Assembly (NCBI GenBank): GCA_021613535.1
Contig: CP075494.1
Span: 2,728,001 to 2,792,000, forward strand
From: Adineta vaga
Taxonomy: Eukaryota > Animalia > Rotifera
Direction: 5' to 3'
DNA: 64,000 nt
This document shows positions 42,001 through 56,600 of the stretch, piece after piece; positions within the stretch are counted from its first letter, which is position 1, and the number at the start of each line of letters is the position of its first letter. The translations under genes and the position numbers were made by a program. The notes under the pieces are model-generated. The model saw only the letters and a program-made list of their open reading frames with translations, ran no database searches and had not been told where the DNA came from.

Positions 42001-44250
42001 AATAAATGCGGAAAGTTCGGATTTCATCCGAGCGTTATGTGTACTGCAAAAAGTGTCTTAGAGAGATCGGTCACGTTGGAATGTCTGTGCATTAAAATTT
42101 CATGAAAAATCTTTTTCACGAGCACGATTTTCGATGACTTGTTTTTCAATGAATTTCTATGTTTGTCTCTATCAGGATTATAGTCTTAAGCAACTCTATA
42201 AATCTATAAGAAGTATATGATAAATACAAACATTAGTATTTGCATAATAGCTCAACGATGTTGATAACTATAGAGATTGGGTTTTTATCATTCAATAGTC
42301 CTTTTGACGAGCTACAAAGCCAGACATATAGGAAACCCCAAAACTCCTCGTCAGTTTAGACATTTCTAGGCAACTTAGTTTCTGGATGTAGTTTTTGCAC
42401 ATAGTCTGAGACTTTTTTCAGGTAAAATTTTGGTGGAAAACCAAGGTTTGGTTCAAAATTCATATCAGATTCGTAACCACCGGTAAAAAGTGATTCGATT
42501 TATATATGTTTTCAATAATTTTGAGAAGAAAATATTTTTGTAAAAAATCCATCTCTTCTCCCTCAAGGATAGTCTGCTCAATAATGAGAATTTTTTCGAT
42601 AACTCAGCTATCTTTAGAGGGATCATTCTCATGTTCGAACTCAACCGAGATATTAATGAGACTGAATTATACAGAAAATCTCACAACGATCTGCCTCTTC
42701 CTTCGAAAGTTATCATGTAAACGGCCGGACACACATACCTTTGTTTTATTCTTGCTCCACACAAAATATAGCTCCTCTCTAGTATGCAGTTTTAGTCCTG
42801 AAAAAGTATGAATTTTTTTTCGAACTGTCTAAGGATCTCTAGAAGACCAAAGTCGGTTAGCAAAAACACGTCTTAGCTCTACTCGACAGTTTTGACACTA
42901 AAGTAGGAGAAAGTTCAATCCCAATTCAAAGAAACTCGAACCATTTTTACTCATATATAGGCAATACAGGAAAATTCATCCAAAAATAAGAATTATAGAG
43001 CGAGTTTTTCATAAACAGAAAATATAGGACGACTACCAAGGCTGCTTCTGAAAGGATAAATATCTCGGTCGAGCTTGAAGATGAGAAGAATTCGTCAAAA
43101 GTTATTGAACAAACAGTTTTATAACTATAATCAATGTTAATAATTTAATTTATTCAAGATATAAACGATCACAATATGAAACTTACTTCTTTTTATAGCA
43201 TGACGTTGTATATTTCACCACTTAGAATATGTGAGTGAATCGTAAGTTTTTTTTGTACAATTAACAAAAAAAAGTGAAAGTACTTCCAGAGAAAATTCGA
43301 TTCTTATATTTTGTTCCTTATCATTCAGTGAATTTGGAGTAAAAAAGCTCTGGCGCTTGAAAATTTAAAAAGAAGCCTTACAATTTTGGTATAATGACAA
43401 GAAAGCGTATTAATTAAGACTTTAGCCCTAAAATCTGATGATCTGCCAGAATTAGCTTCCAAATAGCTCAAACAGAAATGAATCAGACTCAGCATGTGTT
43501 CATGAGTCGAAAGGTCTATGATAGTAATGCTTTCCTTCTAAATCAGCTTAAGAATATATGAGCAAAAATTGAGTTCACAAAAAGAAACTGGGTCTATATT
43601 CTGAGGTATATCGTAAAACTCACCCTAAAAGTAAGCGAAACAAAGAACTAGTTGATGATATTTTTGTTCAGTTTATCACACTGCATCTTTCAGTAGTTGA
43701 GGAATAAAAGACAAAACAATTCTGAAAAACTGTGTCGACACTTTGTCTGAAAATCTGTTTTCGTTCAGACACGTGGATTGTTAGAGAATTAAATTCTGTA
43801 CGAAACTTGCTATTCGTCTATTTTATTTTTCTTCTTTTATTGCTTCGGAAAAAAAATGTTTTTTTGGACTTGTATCTCTTATATCTTAGTTGGACGATCA
43901 GTTATGAAGTTGACATTTTTTGTGGTAGTGGGAGATACCTTTAGAAATGTGAGGAATAAAAGATATGAGATCGCACTATGGGAACTGGAATTACAGGGGA
44001 AAAGATTAAAAGAATGAAATTGTACAATAAAATTACGATTCACTCATGTTTCTTCCTCTTATCGCGTCACCAAAGAATCAATGACATTTTCTCAGTCAGA
44101 CAAAGACAATAAAACGCATAAAATGTTTTTTTCCATTATACACATAGCATTGCGTAAGAGGGAATAATCGAAGAGAAAAACAAATCTTTATATGTATTTA
44201 TATATATATATATTTCAATGATTTGGATATTGTTGACAGTAAAAGACAAA

Positions 44251-45993
44251 ATGACAACATTAGAAATGTTACCAAATGAAATATTCGTTCGATGTTTCGA
44301 ATATCTCAATTCAATCGATATTCTTTATTCATTTTCTCAACTAAATGCTCGATTTAACAAACTTATTTTAAGTATTCAATTATCAGTGGATTGCGAAAAC
44401 ATTGAACAACCATTATTTGATCAATTTTGTAAAATATTATCATCAAATGAAGAAATTTGTAAACAAATCTATTCATTACATTTATCCAATGAAAATACCT
44501 ATTGGCAAATTCAACAATTTCTCTCACGTCTCTCACATGATCAATTCATTCATCTTCAATCCTTAACTTTAACTGGAGTTACAGAGAACAATTTCGAATT
44601 AATCAAATCAATTTTATCATATCTCGATCGATTAACTTCATTTCATTACACAGGTTTTGATAAACAAATCGACGCGATCATTTTCCTTTTACCAATAATG
44701 AAATTAAAACTATTAACAATACCAAAATTACCTGACAATACCAATGTCATCAATAAACTTTCGTCTCTTGAAAATCTAACAGTATCATCTTGCAATCAAA
44801 ATCAATTAACTTCAATATGGAAAAATATGTCACAATTGAAATATTTCAAAATAGGTACTTGGGATCATCATAACTTTACAGAAGACATCTTTGCCAAACT
44901 TTCTTATATTAATGATGCAATTCATCTTACACATTTAACGATCGATTATTTTTCCTATGACAATGATAGTCTTAAGATGATCTTAGCAAAAACACCAAAT
45001 TTAACAAATTTAAAGATAAATATATATTACGATGGCAACGCTATTCGTGCTTCTCCATGGGAAAATATAATTCGTTCGTATTTACCTTATTTAATTAATT
45101 TTCAATTCGTATTTTCTTATACTGGTGATACAGAATGTTGCCGTATTAAGATGTGGTTTGCAGAGTTTTACGAGAAATTTTGGATAAAAGAACATCATTG
45201 GTATACTGAATATGTGATATCAAATCGTTCAGCAAGAATTTATACAATTCCATACATTTCAAACACGTATAGAATTGAAAGAGAGACTTATACATATGGT
45301 AATTCATTGATGAATGATGTTGATCGATTCGACAAGATAACTGATTTAGTTATTGATGTTGATGCGTTAGAAGAAGAAATATATCCTTATTACTTTTCTC
45401 ACATCAAGTCACTTTGTTTAACGAAATCACAGGAGACAAGTAGAATTATCAAAAGAACACAATTTGAATTTCTGAAAACGATTGTTAATTTATCAAATGT
45501 AATAAGTTTGAATATAAGATCCGTCAATCGATCAATCAAACCATCAATATTATTGAATATTTTGAAAGAATCACAACATATTTCATCATTGACTATTGAC
45601 AGAATATATTTAAAATACTTGTTTCGTGATAATCAATTATGCGAGTATTTGACAAAAACAATTCGAAAATTAGAAATATTTTCTATGAAAAAGATTCTAT
45701 TCAATAATTTGAATGAATTCAAAGAATTTTGTCAAACATTTTCATCGATTCAACAATTGACATGTATTATTGACAATCAAGAATACATATTTTACTTATT
45801 CAAATATTTATCTCAATTATCAATGCTAAATCTCCAATATTCAAATCAATATGACTACGGCGATGTATATCACTTCAATCCGTTATGGCTAGAAGATAGT
45901 CTGAAAGAACTAGGAGAAATAGAATTTATCAAATCTTCTAAAGGAATTAAGATTTATTTATCGCGAAAATATCAGACATCAATAGGTTCTTAA
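44251..45993 (+). CDS. F-box + LRR protein
   Basis: MTTLEMLPNEIFVRCFEYL F-box, LRR-like repeats, FWIKEHHWY and IYTIPY family motifs. Confidence 0.85.
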   Translation: MTTLEMLPNEIFVRCFEYLNSIDILYSFSQLNARFNKLILSIQLSVDCENIEQPLFDQFCKILSSNEEICKQIYSLHLSNENTYWQIQQFLSRLSHDQFIHLQSLTLTGVTENNFELIKSILSYLDRLTSFHYTGFDKQIDAIIFLLPIMKLKLLTIPKLPDNTNVINKLSSLENLTVSSCNQNQLTSIWKNMSQLKYFKIGTWDHHNFTEDIFAKLSYINDAIHLTHLTIDYFSYDNDSLKMILAKTPNLTNLKINIYYDGNAIRASPWENIIRSYLPYLINFQFVFSYTGDTECCRIKMWFAEFYEKFWIKEHHWYTEYVISNRSARIYTIPYISNTYRIERETYTYGNSLMNDVDRFDKITDLVIDVDALEEEIYPYYFSHIKSLCLTKSQETSRIIKRTQFEFLKTIVNLSNVISLNIRSVNRSIKPSILLNILKESQHISSLTIDRIYLKYLFRDNQLCEYLTKTIRKLEIFSMKKILFNNLNEFKEFCQTFSSIQQLTCIIDNQEYIFYLFKYLSQLSMLNLQYSNQYDYGDVYHFNPLWLEDSLKELGEIEFIKSSKGIKIYLSRKYQTSIGS

Positions 45994-46081
45994 CGCATAG
46001 TTTTTATTCATTCATTCATTGATTTACAATACAACACCGACAACAAAAACAATAAAAGCTGTCCTTTTTTTCAAAAACAAT

Positions 46082-49000
46082 TCAGTGTGAATTCAATGGT
46101 ACAACTTGATTTGTTCTACGACGATAACTAACATATTGACGTACTTTCCAATAAATCTTCAAACCATACCAAACAAATAATTTCAATCCAACAGTTAAAC
46201 CACCATATAAACCAAGAAATATTGTTATCATATATAAGATACTATTTCTTGTTATATAACTATATTCACATGAGACTGGCGAACAAGATAAATAATAATT
46301 CGAATAATTACTCGAATTTTGCCATGTTTCAATGAACAATTCATCAATCAATTCACCAATTGTTACAGATGATATTGGATTAAAACGACTTGATGCAGAT
46401 CGATTAAGAACATTTGGAAAATTAGTTATATAAAAGAAATCAGCTAATTGTGTTAAACATGTCGAATTAAAAAGACATTCAAGTGTTGATTGACGAAGAC
46501 CATCAATAGGTAAACAACCAAAAACGATGCCTACAAATATATAATAACATAAATGTATATAGATCAATTCCATTGGATATTACCTGATATTTGAATTGTT
46601 CGATTATAACTTGTCAATAAAGATCTAAAACATTGTGAGGGAGATGTTGTACAGAAACAAGATTGTCCACTTTCATTAAATATCACAGGAAATGATCTTA
46701 GTACAAAATTCGTTTGTACATCAGATGCAAAAGATTGCCAATTTAAATTAAATCTATGTTGTAGTTGATTTGCATGAAACATATCGATGATATAATGATG
46801 TGTCCATTGAAATTTAGCCAATGTTTGAACAATGAAATTCTCAATAATTGAAGTAACTTGACGTTCAAATGAATCACGTGTCAATGTTTTCAGAGTGATG
46901 AGTTGTTTTGTTGAAAATACTATAATATTTTGTTCAATCATATTCTTTGTAAGTATACAAAATGATGATAATATACGAAATAAACTACTTAAGATTTTTC
47001 TATCATAATTCAAGACATATTCTATTGATTCTTCCATTCCCCAAAGTGATGTAATAAAATCTAATGAAAGAAAATCACTTGAACAAATTTGATGATAAGT
47101 TAATGGTTGAATTGAAACAAATGCTGAATATGAGATGGCAATGTTTGAACATCGACATGTTAATGTTAATGAATATTTCGCTTGTAATTCTTCAAATGTT
47201 GATAAATTTGGTGAAGATATTGTTAGTGAATTGATTCGAGTATTAAGATTAAGAAAAATAAAAAGAATTCCAATTGAAAATAGAAATAAAAGAATATAAA
47301 ATCGAGTTGCAATACGTTGTTGTTTAATTAATAAAATTTCATCATTTGTTTGTATTCGATGATACAAATTCATTTGTTGAAAAGTATTTCGACATTGAAT
47401 GAGAAAAGTTGCCAATCTTCGTCTATTATTTTCACTGTCTTCAATTTGTTCATTTGATGTACAATAATAATGAAAGATTCGTCGAATAGATTTAACAAAA
47501 AGAGGAACTAATATTCGAAGTGCAACAGATAATCCACCAATAATTCCAGCTATGGTTGTAATAATATAAGATATACTAAAACGTTCTTCATGAATATAAA
47601 CACATTCTTTAGGTAAACATTTTTCGAAATAATTTTGAAAATTTATTGAATAAATCCATTCTTCAACAAATAAATGAGAAATGATTTCATCTAATCTTGT
47701 CGATGGTGTAAAACGACTTTTAATCATTGGATTCAAAGATGTTACATTGGCTGCACGTGGATCGATGGTAACCCCAGACATTCCTAATGAAAAACCATCA
47801 ATTAACATTTGAACACAAGATGAATTGTAAAAACATGTTAATGAAGAGACGAAAAGCGCATCGACAGGTGAACAACTTGTAAACCAATCCGGTACAATTG
47901 CTTCATATGTACTTTCATTGCCTGAACAACTTCCTAAGCAAAAAAATCCTATAGTAGTTCTACACAACTCATTGATACCACATGAACAATTATTTTCATA
48001 AATACGTCGTATCGTAAAGAATATTTGTTTGGTAGTATTAGTAGCAAATTGTGTCACAAAATGATCAATATTTGTCGGGTGCGCCAATTGATTTACTCGA
48101 ATTGAAGTTCGAATGATTTGAAATAAATCATAAAAAGAAGCGACTGTCTAAGAAAAAAAATCAAGTACAACTTTCTCCATATCTGCTGTTTAAATTGGTC
48201 AATAATCGACGATATTTGTATAAAAAATGTGTCACTAGATAAAAGACATATTTTATTAAGTATACGAAATAATGCTATACCTGTGATACCAAAATCAATT
48301 AGTAAGAAAGATCCGACAAGATTTGAATTATACAACAACCATGCATCATCTTTAATAAAATCACTTGAACATATTTGATGTAAAGTTGCATTTATATCAA
48401 TAATTGAAGAATATTTTATTGAAATTTGTGAACATGGACAAGTCAATGTTGATGAATATTGTTCAGATAATTGCTTATAAATGTCAAATGTTGGATTGTT
48501 TATGGTTATTGATCGAATTTGTGTTGAAATTGATGAATAAAAGATTAAAAGAATTAAAAATAAAATATAGAAACGTGTTGAATAACGTCCATCTTGAATA
48601 TTACTAAATAGTGGAAACATATTGTATGTTTGTATTTGTTGACGAGTAGTTTTATAAATCGTTTGCATATGATTTTTTACACCTATGAAATTGAAGAAAT
48701 ACTTATGAATAAAATAATGAAATTTTACTTTTATTTCTTTGAATATTATTCATTTGATTTCTATGAAAAATGATTTTATAAATTCGTCGTATTAATTGAA
48801 TGATATATGGTGTTAACATAAATAAAACGATTTTCAATCCACCAAAGAAACTAATCATAGTAACAAGTATGTATACTAAATTAAATGATTGATCATAGAA
48901 ATATGTACACATTTTTGGAGAACATATTTCATTCCATGATTCAATGAATAAATTATTTAAAATATTATTTATAATTGTCTTTGATGAATATTGAGAAGAT

Positions 49001-49551
49001 TTTAATGGTGAAATAAAAGAAAATTCTTGAAGAGAATTAAGACATGATTGATTATAAAAACATTCAAATGTTGAATACATCAATGATTTATATGGAAAAC
49101 AGCCAATTCTTATACCTGGTAACATAAATATCACATTTGAATCATTATCAGTCGTACTAAACAATGTACCACCATTGATTCCTATTCGTCCTGTTTTATT
49201 ATAAATAAAAGCAGGATATGTACATGTATCATCTTTTCTACAATAACAATAACTTGATGCATTTCCATAGAGAGATACGCGAGCTCTCGAAGTACCCGAA
49301 ATTAATTGCATAAATAAATTACAACGTAATCCGGAAAGAATTTCATTATAAAAAATGTTAAACCAAATGAAATCATTGATATGTTTATTATTAATTATTG
49401 TATTTTGTTGAAATTGATTAACAAGTGTTGACATTTGAATTTGAAAATTTTCATAAGATAAAACTTGAGTTGAGATTAAATAATGTGAAGAAAATTCTTG
49501 TACTATATCAATGATTTTTTCTTTCATCATTCGACAAAATATTTGAAGAAG
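46082..49551 (-). pseudogene. Rotifer-expanded multi-repeat membrane protein, frameshifted and 5'-truncated
   Basis: Repeated modules TRFYILL..CPCSQISI..HQICSSDF..GC.P.D.L..S.L.CF.NSSC..LFIE.W..C.P..C.Y..GGL; several frame breaks; coding sequence starts abruptly at a repeat element at 49552. Confidence 0.7.
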
Positions 49552-49614
49552 TTGAGAGCGTGAGTGTGAGTGAGAGTGTGATTCTTATTCTTTTACGCAC
49601 ACCCACACCCTCAA
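49552..49614. repeat. Telomere-motif palindromic short element at a gene-truncation point
   Basis: TTGAGAGCGTGAGTGTGAGTGAGAGTGTG ... CACACCCACACCCTCAA. Confidence 0.75.
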
Positions 49615-50127
49615 AAAAAAGATTCAATTTCTAATACATATTGAACTTATTCTTTTGTTGATATATGACCTGTATTATACAGCTGATTGATAACCATTTA
49701 TTTTATGGAAAAACAATGCCTGTCATTTGAGGAGTTACTGCCTTTCTCATAATAAGTATTTAAAAAAAATTATGAATATGCATCTATAACTTTATAGATA
49801 ATTAAACTATAAAAACACGAAGTCAATATAAGTAACATGTAAAAAAAAAGATGTTACATTTATGATAAGAATAAAGTCATCATTTTGAGAGAGAAAAATA
49901 AATTTCACATTGCCACTACTACATTTACAACGAGCGAAATAGTACTTATCTTTGCTTTATCATAGACTTTTATTCGACTATATATACACGAAATTTTAAT
50001 TGAAACGAGTACACAAGAGAAATGTATCATAAGGTAAATTTTTTTTTGATGCATTAATAATTTTCTAATTATATATTAGCTCTTATTTTCTATTATTCAT
50101 CACAATTACGAATAGCGAGAATACTTT

Positions 50128-50328
50128 CTATTCCGTGATGTTGCACATTCCGGAATCACTTTCGCACTAGGAATCAGTTCCAACCAATTCTCAGAATTCC
50201 CGTGCTGCTAGAATTACGAAATAAACTGGGTACCGACCGAATTCCGCTCATTTTCGGAATTTCGGGAATGGGTGAGAACTGGTTCCGAGGCCGGAACTGA
50301 TTCCGGAATGTGCAACATCGCAGAATAG
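50128..50328. mobile_element. MITE with 31-bp TIRs (CTATTCCG family)
   Basis: CTATTCCGTGATGTTGCACATTCCGGAATCA versus the reverse complement of TGATTCCGGAATGTGCAACATCGCAGAATAG (29/31). Confidence 0.8.
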
Positions 50329-50339
50329 GATGACTGCTC

Positions 50340-50419
50340 GAATTTTGAGTATCTTTATTCTAGTTTCAACAAAAAAGTCAACTCATTTGATGAAACAAGA
50401 ATAGATATACTCAAAATTC
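50340..50419. repeat. 80-bp hairpin / mini-MITE
   Basis: GAATTTTGAGTATCTTTATTCTAGTTTCA ... TGAAACAAGAATAGATATACTCAAAATTC. Confidence 0.65.
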
Positions 50420-50687
50420 TTATCGTAGTGCTACCTATGGGCCATCGTGTATATGAAAATCAATCAGACAAATCGCCTTCTATGTTCTGTTCCTTGTTTT
50501 TATTGTGTTTTGCGTGCATAATCGACAACCTTATTATCGAAAATGGACGATTAAAATCACATCATTTACAATCTTAACTATCCCATATTTATTTAAGACA
50601 TATTGTCTTTTCTATAAACAGTATAATATATGTAGTTTCAGAATTATTACTTCATTACTAATTATATTATATACTGTCAGAAAAATC

Positions 50688-53600
50688 ATGGATAAAGTTA
50701 TCGCACGTGCAACGAACTTAATTAATGATTCCATTAATGAAGTATTGGAATCGCGGTCAACTTCACTTTACCATCATAGATTGGTCAATACTCGTAATCT
50801 TCTTAATCGACTACATCAATCGGATTCCCAAAAAAATGATTGGACTCGGTTATTCTATCGACAACTGAAACGATTGATGGATTACAACAACTCAGTACCC
50901 CTCGATTTTTGGATTGAACTGCACAATGAAATTCTCTATGTATTAAATGAACGAAACAGTGAACAATGTACGGTTAGTACTTGGAGCAGTTTTCTTAAAA
51001 GAATGAATTTCGAAGAAAAACTAGAACAACGTCAATTACAATTTCAGCATATTACACAAGAACGAAAGAGTTTAAGTGAGTTATTTTATGAACATAAAGC
51101 GTTTTTCGAAGAATATCTTCACAAATGTATTTCTCTTCATTCGAAATTGCAAGTGCAAGGTCTCTTTGAAAATAGTGATGATCTTGTCTGTAGAGTTTAC
51201 GGACTAACAGAGATTTCACTCACTTTTGACAATCGAAAGCATCTTAAGAAGAAATTAAACTGTATTGAGATACCAATCGATTGTTCCAATAGATCATTGA
51301 GTAATTTGTATTTTGAGTTTTCCACAAACAATAATTCGTCTATGAGAGACAAAAACAACTCCATCAGCTTTTTACCGTCCAAAAAAATAGATATGAAAAT
51401 GAGTGGTAAATCTGAGATAATTGACAATGTACTGAAATTCAAACGATGGATTGTCGTTCTTGGTGAACCAGGTTGTGGAAAAACTACTCTTGTTCGATGG
51501 ATGACTCGTGTGTTTGCTGAAGCAGCTCATCATAGTCATGAAAAAGTAGATTTAGAAGGTTATTGTCGCCTTCCAGTTCGCATTCCTATTTTGATTCGAA
51601 TCGGCGAACTTGCGGCATGGTTTGCACAACATAAAACAAAATCATTAATGGATTATATTGGCGAGCACACGTGGTTTTCTGAACGCTACTGTCATGATGA
51701 AAGTGGAAATGTATTGAAAGAGTTAATCAATCATGGTCATGCGTTGATCCTTCTTGATGGTCTTGATGAGATTTCTGAATTTGGGCTACGAAGCAAGATT
51801 GTTGAACTTGTTGAAGAATTTATTGAAAAATATGTCTATTCATCTGATTGCATCTCAGCATTCGACGATAAAATGTTCGACACTGATTGCTCGTGGGATG
51901 ATCGAAAAGTTGTTGAAGCGCAGCCACCGAACATATATGGTGGCAATCAGATAGTTGTCACGAGCCGTACTGTTGGTTACCAGTCTCATCCACTCAATGG
52001 TCCGTTTATTGAGCATTATTCATTATTATTGATGAATCATAAAGAGGCAAACGAATTTATAAAAATATGGATGAAACAAGTTGACAAAAGTGTACGTTAT
52101 ATTTTACTTAAAGAAGGAATTAAACTTAACGAAGAAAAGATGAAAACTTCATTGAAGACACAAAACTATGGCGAAGAAACAGTGTTTGAAAACAGTACAG
52201 AATTATTAAAAGCAAATCCTTCTTTGTTATCGTTGATCTGCACATTCATTTTTCAATCATCAGTTGAATTGCATCTAAAATCGCGAGTCGAAATCTACAA
52301 TTATGCTGTTCAATCAGCATTACGCGCTTGGAAAAGTACAGAATCGAGCATCTTAGAAAGTGTTGTGAAGAATTTTCTAATTGATCTTGCCATTTACCTT
52401 CATTTAAATTCGCCCTCTGGACTTATAGATGCATTTGATATGAAACATCTATGCTGTTTAGCATTAAAGTTACAAAAAGTCTCGAATGATCGTACAATAT
52501 TGAATGAATACGCGGAAAAGTTAATATATTTGCTGGAATCCAACGTCGCCATTGTCGCCGAGAGAGGTTTACAAGTATTTGGGTTTTTACATTTATCATT
52601 TCAAGAGTATTTTGTAGCACAGGGTCTTGTTAGAGGTTCTTCTATCAATGAAGTTGCAAAACGCATTCTTTCATTTACTATTAATTCTCGTTTTCGTGAA
52701 TCACTTCTTTTGGCTTTTAGTTGGATTAGTTGGAAATGGCCATTTGATAAGTATAATCGATTTTGCAATTTACTTTTTACTCCTACTGAAAATCATAGTA
52801 TTCCATTTGGAATACTTTTATTCTTTGATGCTATCAATGATATCCACAGATTGCCTGCCAAGTCGGTCATTTTTATCGCACTGAATAATTTACTAAATCA
52901 TCCATCTAATGAAATGAGAGAGACATACTTGATATCGAATTTGTCCAAATTGCCTGAAGATATTATAATAGAATGGATGCATTTACATTTAAAAGATGAG
53001 AAATGTCTTCTCAAATTTTGTCAATCTTTCCCATTACAACTTGAGAGATCCTATGATAAAAATAAAACTGTTCGAAAACCAATACCAACTATTATTTATC
53101 GACAATTGTGGTCATCTCATCATATGAGTTCATCAACTGAGCTCCTTATCGATCAAATCTTGCGAAACCTACTGATTTCAGATGATGTATCTAATCAAAT
53201 TTTTGACAACGATTTTCTGTCACACAACATCTGTGTATGCAACATTAATCCTTTGATACTGTCTATCATTATTGCCGTATGTGGTGGAATATATTTTAAA
53301 TCGGAAAAAAATATGACTAAAATTGACTTTTCACCGAAACATATGCATCGTGAATCTTCTATCTTAGCTCCTATTGTAGAATATTTTGATAATAATGAAG
53401 AATCTCATATAATCAAAGTTCAAAAACTGATAAAAAAATACGAAAGCGTTCTTCGAAACTCTTCACCATCGGATACTTCAGTTGATATCACTGATACATT
53501 TATTGCCTTGATCTGTTTGCAAGGACTTTCGTATCCATTGATTTATCAATATTATGCTGAATATCAAGCACTGCCACTCGCACTCAAAAGATTAAAACGG

Positions 53601-56600
53601 ACATGGTTCTATTTGAAGGAACACTACAAAATCGATCGATATGGGGGCAATGGACTACGCAGATCCTTCATGATATCTGAAATTGAATCAATCAAGAAGA
53701 TTTTCTTTTCACAGTCTGATCAATCTGAAGAACTACACATACCGTTTTTAATAGTATTTGAAGCTGCCTTGAAAAAACTTGGCATGTGGAATGTGGTAAA
53801 CAGCCTAATATATGATTTTTCTTGTAACAACAAAGTCGGTCGATATTTTCAACGCCATCCAGAATTCATCCATTTTATCGCCAACCAAAATTTAGATCAA
53901 ACCAGTCAAGATATCCATTCAATGGAAATGTTACAAAAGGAACCATCCTTCTTGGTATCTTTTCTACCACGATCTCTTCAACAATTATACTACTACACGA
54001 CTATCTCTCCTGTTAATAAAACAGATTCCTTACCATTCGTTGTATTCTTATCACAATATTTAATACACTTGAAAGACATCAATGACTATGATTTGAAGAC
54101 TTGTTTTGTTTTGTCATTATTGCAACCATTGTTCAAAGAATACATGTTGGAAAATTATGCTTTTGTGCTCTTCTGGAAAAAATATTATGATGTCATTGAA
54201 TATTTCGATAAAGATGATAGAACATTTTTTGAAACGATGAAAGATCGTAATTTGTTAGATTCATTTTTTATCAATCAACCAAAAGATTGGAAAGCACTCA
54301 TCAGCGTGGAACGCCAACGTATTTGTGAAGCGATAGCCATAGTGCAAAATCAAAAGAAAGATTTGCAGCTTTTTGCTGCGTCAATTTCTCTCGCTAGACT
54401 TTTTCAAGCTCAATATTCCTGTCAATCAATGAAAAACATTTGTCACAACTCTGCTGAAAGTGAAGAAGTACACTTTGCAGTAACAAATATAGTCAATCCA
54501 GTTTTACGGATCATTGCATTGAGTATAATCTTCGATATGAACGATCCGTTAATCTTTGATGAAGAACAAAGGAATAAGTTACAATGGGAAATGATTAGTT
54601 TATTACAATCCTTGTTACCACGTCTCTCGCTATTAAAAGGAACTCTTTTATTTGTTCGATGTCATACAGTACGGCACGTTTTTCAATTATCATTTCAATA
54701 CATGGCTAAAATAATTGGAGGAAAATTGAATCAAACATTAATAGCCAAACAAAATCAAGGTCAAGAAGCAGCATACATTGCGTTACAAAAGCTGAATAAT
54801 TCAGATCTTTCAGATCATTTATCAAAATTCGCCAAACAAAAAGAGAATTTATCTGATCTCCTTCAATTTAACTCAACAATATTTTATCAATATTTTATCA
54901 GAGCAACGTCATTTAATTCATCAAATCCTATTTTTCTTTCATCTATGTATCTAACGGAATTGATTTTCGATGCTCAGATCCTAAATATGTATACTATTAC
55001 TGCACAGAAGACAAACATTTGGCTGTTGACAGAATTAAGACAGTTGTGGAATGTCTCGCCGAACGATGAAAAGATAATGACTTATAAAGCGGCATTATGG
55101 ATAACGAACTATCTACATATGTCAAACAAACAAAAAATTCATGAGATTATTGAAGATATGTCTTCTTGTTCAATGATTGAAAGAAAAGCTCTCTCAATCA
55201 TTGAGAAATGGCTTGATTATCGAACACACAAAGATTTGAATTTTTTTGCACATTATGCCGCATTACAACTAGTTGCAGAAGGTTCAAATACTCCAGATTT
55301 AATCCGTATTATTGAGGAAATATTTTCTGTTGATAGTACGTCTCGTTTGAGACATGTTGTAAAACGTTTATTCATATCACAATATGCTGATTCAACGGCA
55401 GTTCGTCAAATCTTAATCACATTACATCGAAATGTTCGTTATTCTTTAAATATTTCTGTCCAGATTGATTGCAAAGAAACGTTTAAATTGATTTTGAATT
55501 TGGAACTTGAAAGAATCACATCGAATGTACGTCAAATACCTGTAATCTCAAGTAGACCATTTTTATTAATGATTGATGGTTGCACAGCAGATTTACAACT
55601 CTATCTTGCAGAACATCTTCGTACATTGACCACTAAACGAATTGATATTGAAAATTCTATTAAAGAAGAATATGTTGCTGTTGTTGTCAAATGGTTTATT
55701 CAGAGTTCGATACAGTATGATAGAACAAAAGACTTTTCAATAGAACTATACAAGTATATTTTCGTTTTACTTCATGATCAACGATTTCCTCGAGTTCAAA
55801 AGGCAATTCTCAATGCTTTTAATTCAACCTTCATCAAATGTCAATCGGAAAAGAATGTTTTTATGCAAGATGATATATCTACCAACTTGGAGAAAGTGAT
55901 TTGTTTATGGGATACATATTCAGAAGATATTGTAGCTATTTGTTTAATAGCTTATGGGAATTCTCTACGAATGTTACAACGCTTTGAAATAAATCAAAAT
56001 GTCTCTGATGAGATAAAGAACGTACTTACTAATCTTGCCAAGACATCATGTTCAGAAATTATTTCTATCCAAGCTAATTTATGTTTAATTTTCTCGCAAT
56101 ACCCGAAAGTAAGGTGGCATACAATATCGAACTGGTTCAAAAAAGAGTCAGATATGACATCTGATAAGGAATACAAGACACTGTTACAATTGACGTTATA
56201 CCCTACGAATATTCTCCCACTCTTCACATCGAAAGCTGAAAATGAAATTGTCGAATATATAAAAGTATATTCTGCTAAGTTCATTGACACGTTTGTTACT
56301 GATTTATATCATTATCTATGCAACAAAAATAAGGGAAACTATCTTGCTGTTCCTGCACCTAAATATATCGACATTGCAGCGAATTTAAGTGAAACAAAGT
56401 CCAAGGAATTTTGTTATGCTATTCGGAAAAGTTCTTTTGGTGAAGATAAGTTCAAAAATGAACTCTATATTTATTTTAAGAATAATCCAAACAATGGATA
56501 CCACTTAATTGAGCTTTATATAGTTTTTGGTACGATTACAATCGAACTTCTTGATATGTTGGAATGGGTTGTAGATTATCAGGATAAAACGTTTGTTCTC

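Noticed and set aside
42010-43650. Non-coding tract resembling a non-autonomous transposon interior, including ORF 42506-42811
   Set aside because: No TIRs, TSD or transposase motifs could be verified by eye.
51197-56290. Short antisense and alternate-frame ORFs inside the NACHT gene (and similar ones inside other genes)
   Set aside because: Shadow ORFs of the long coding sequences with no independent motifs.
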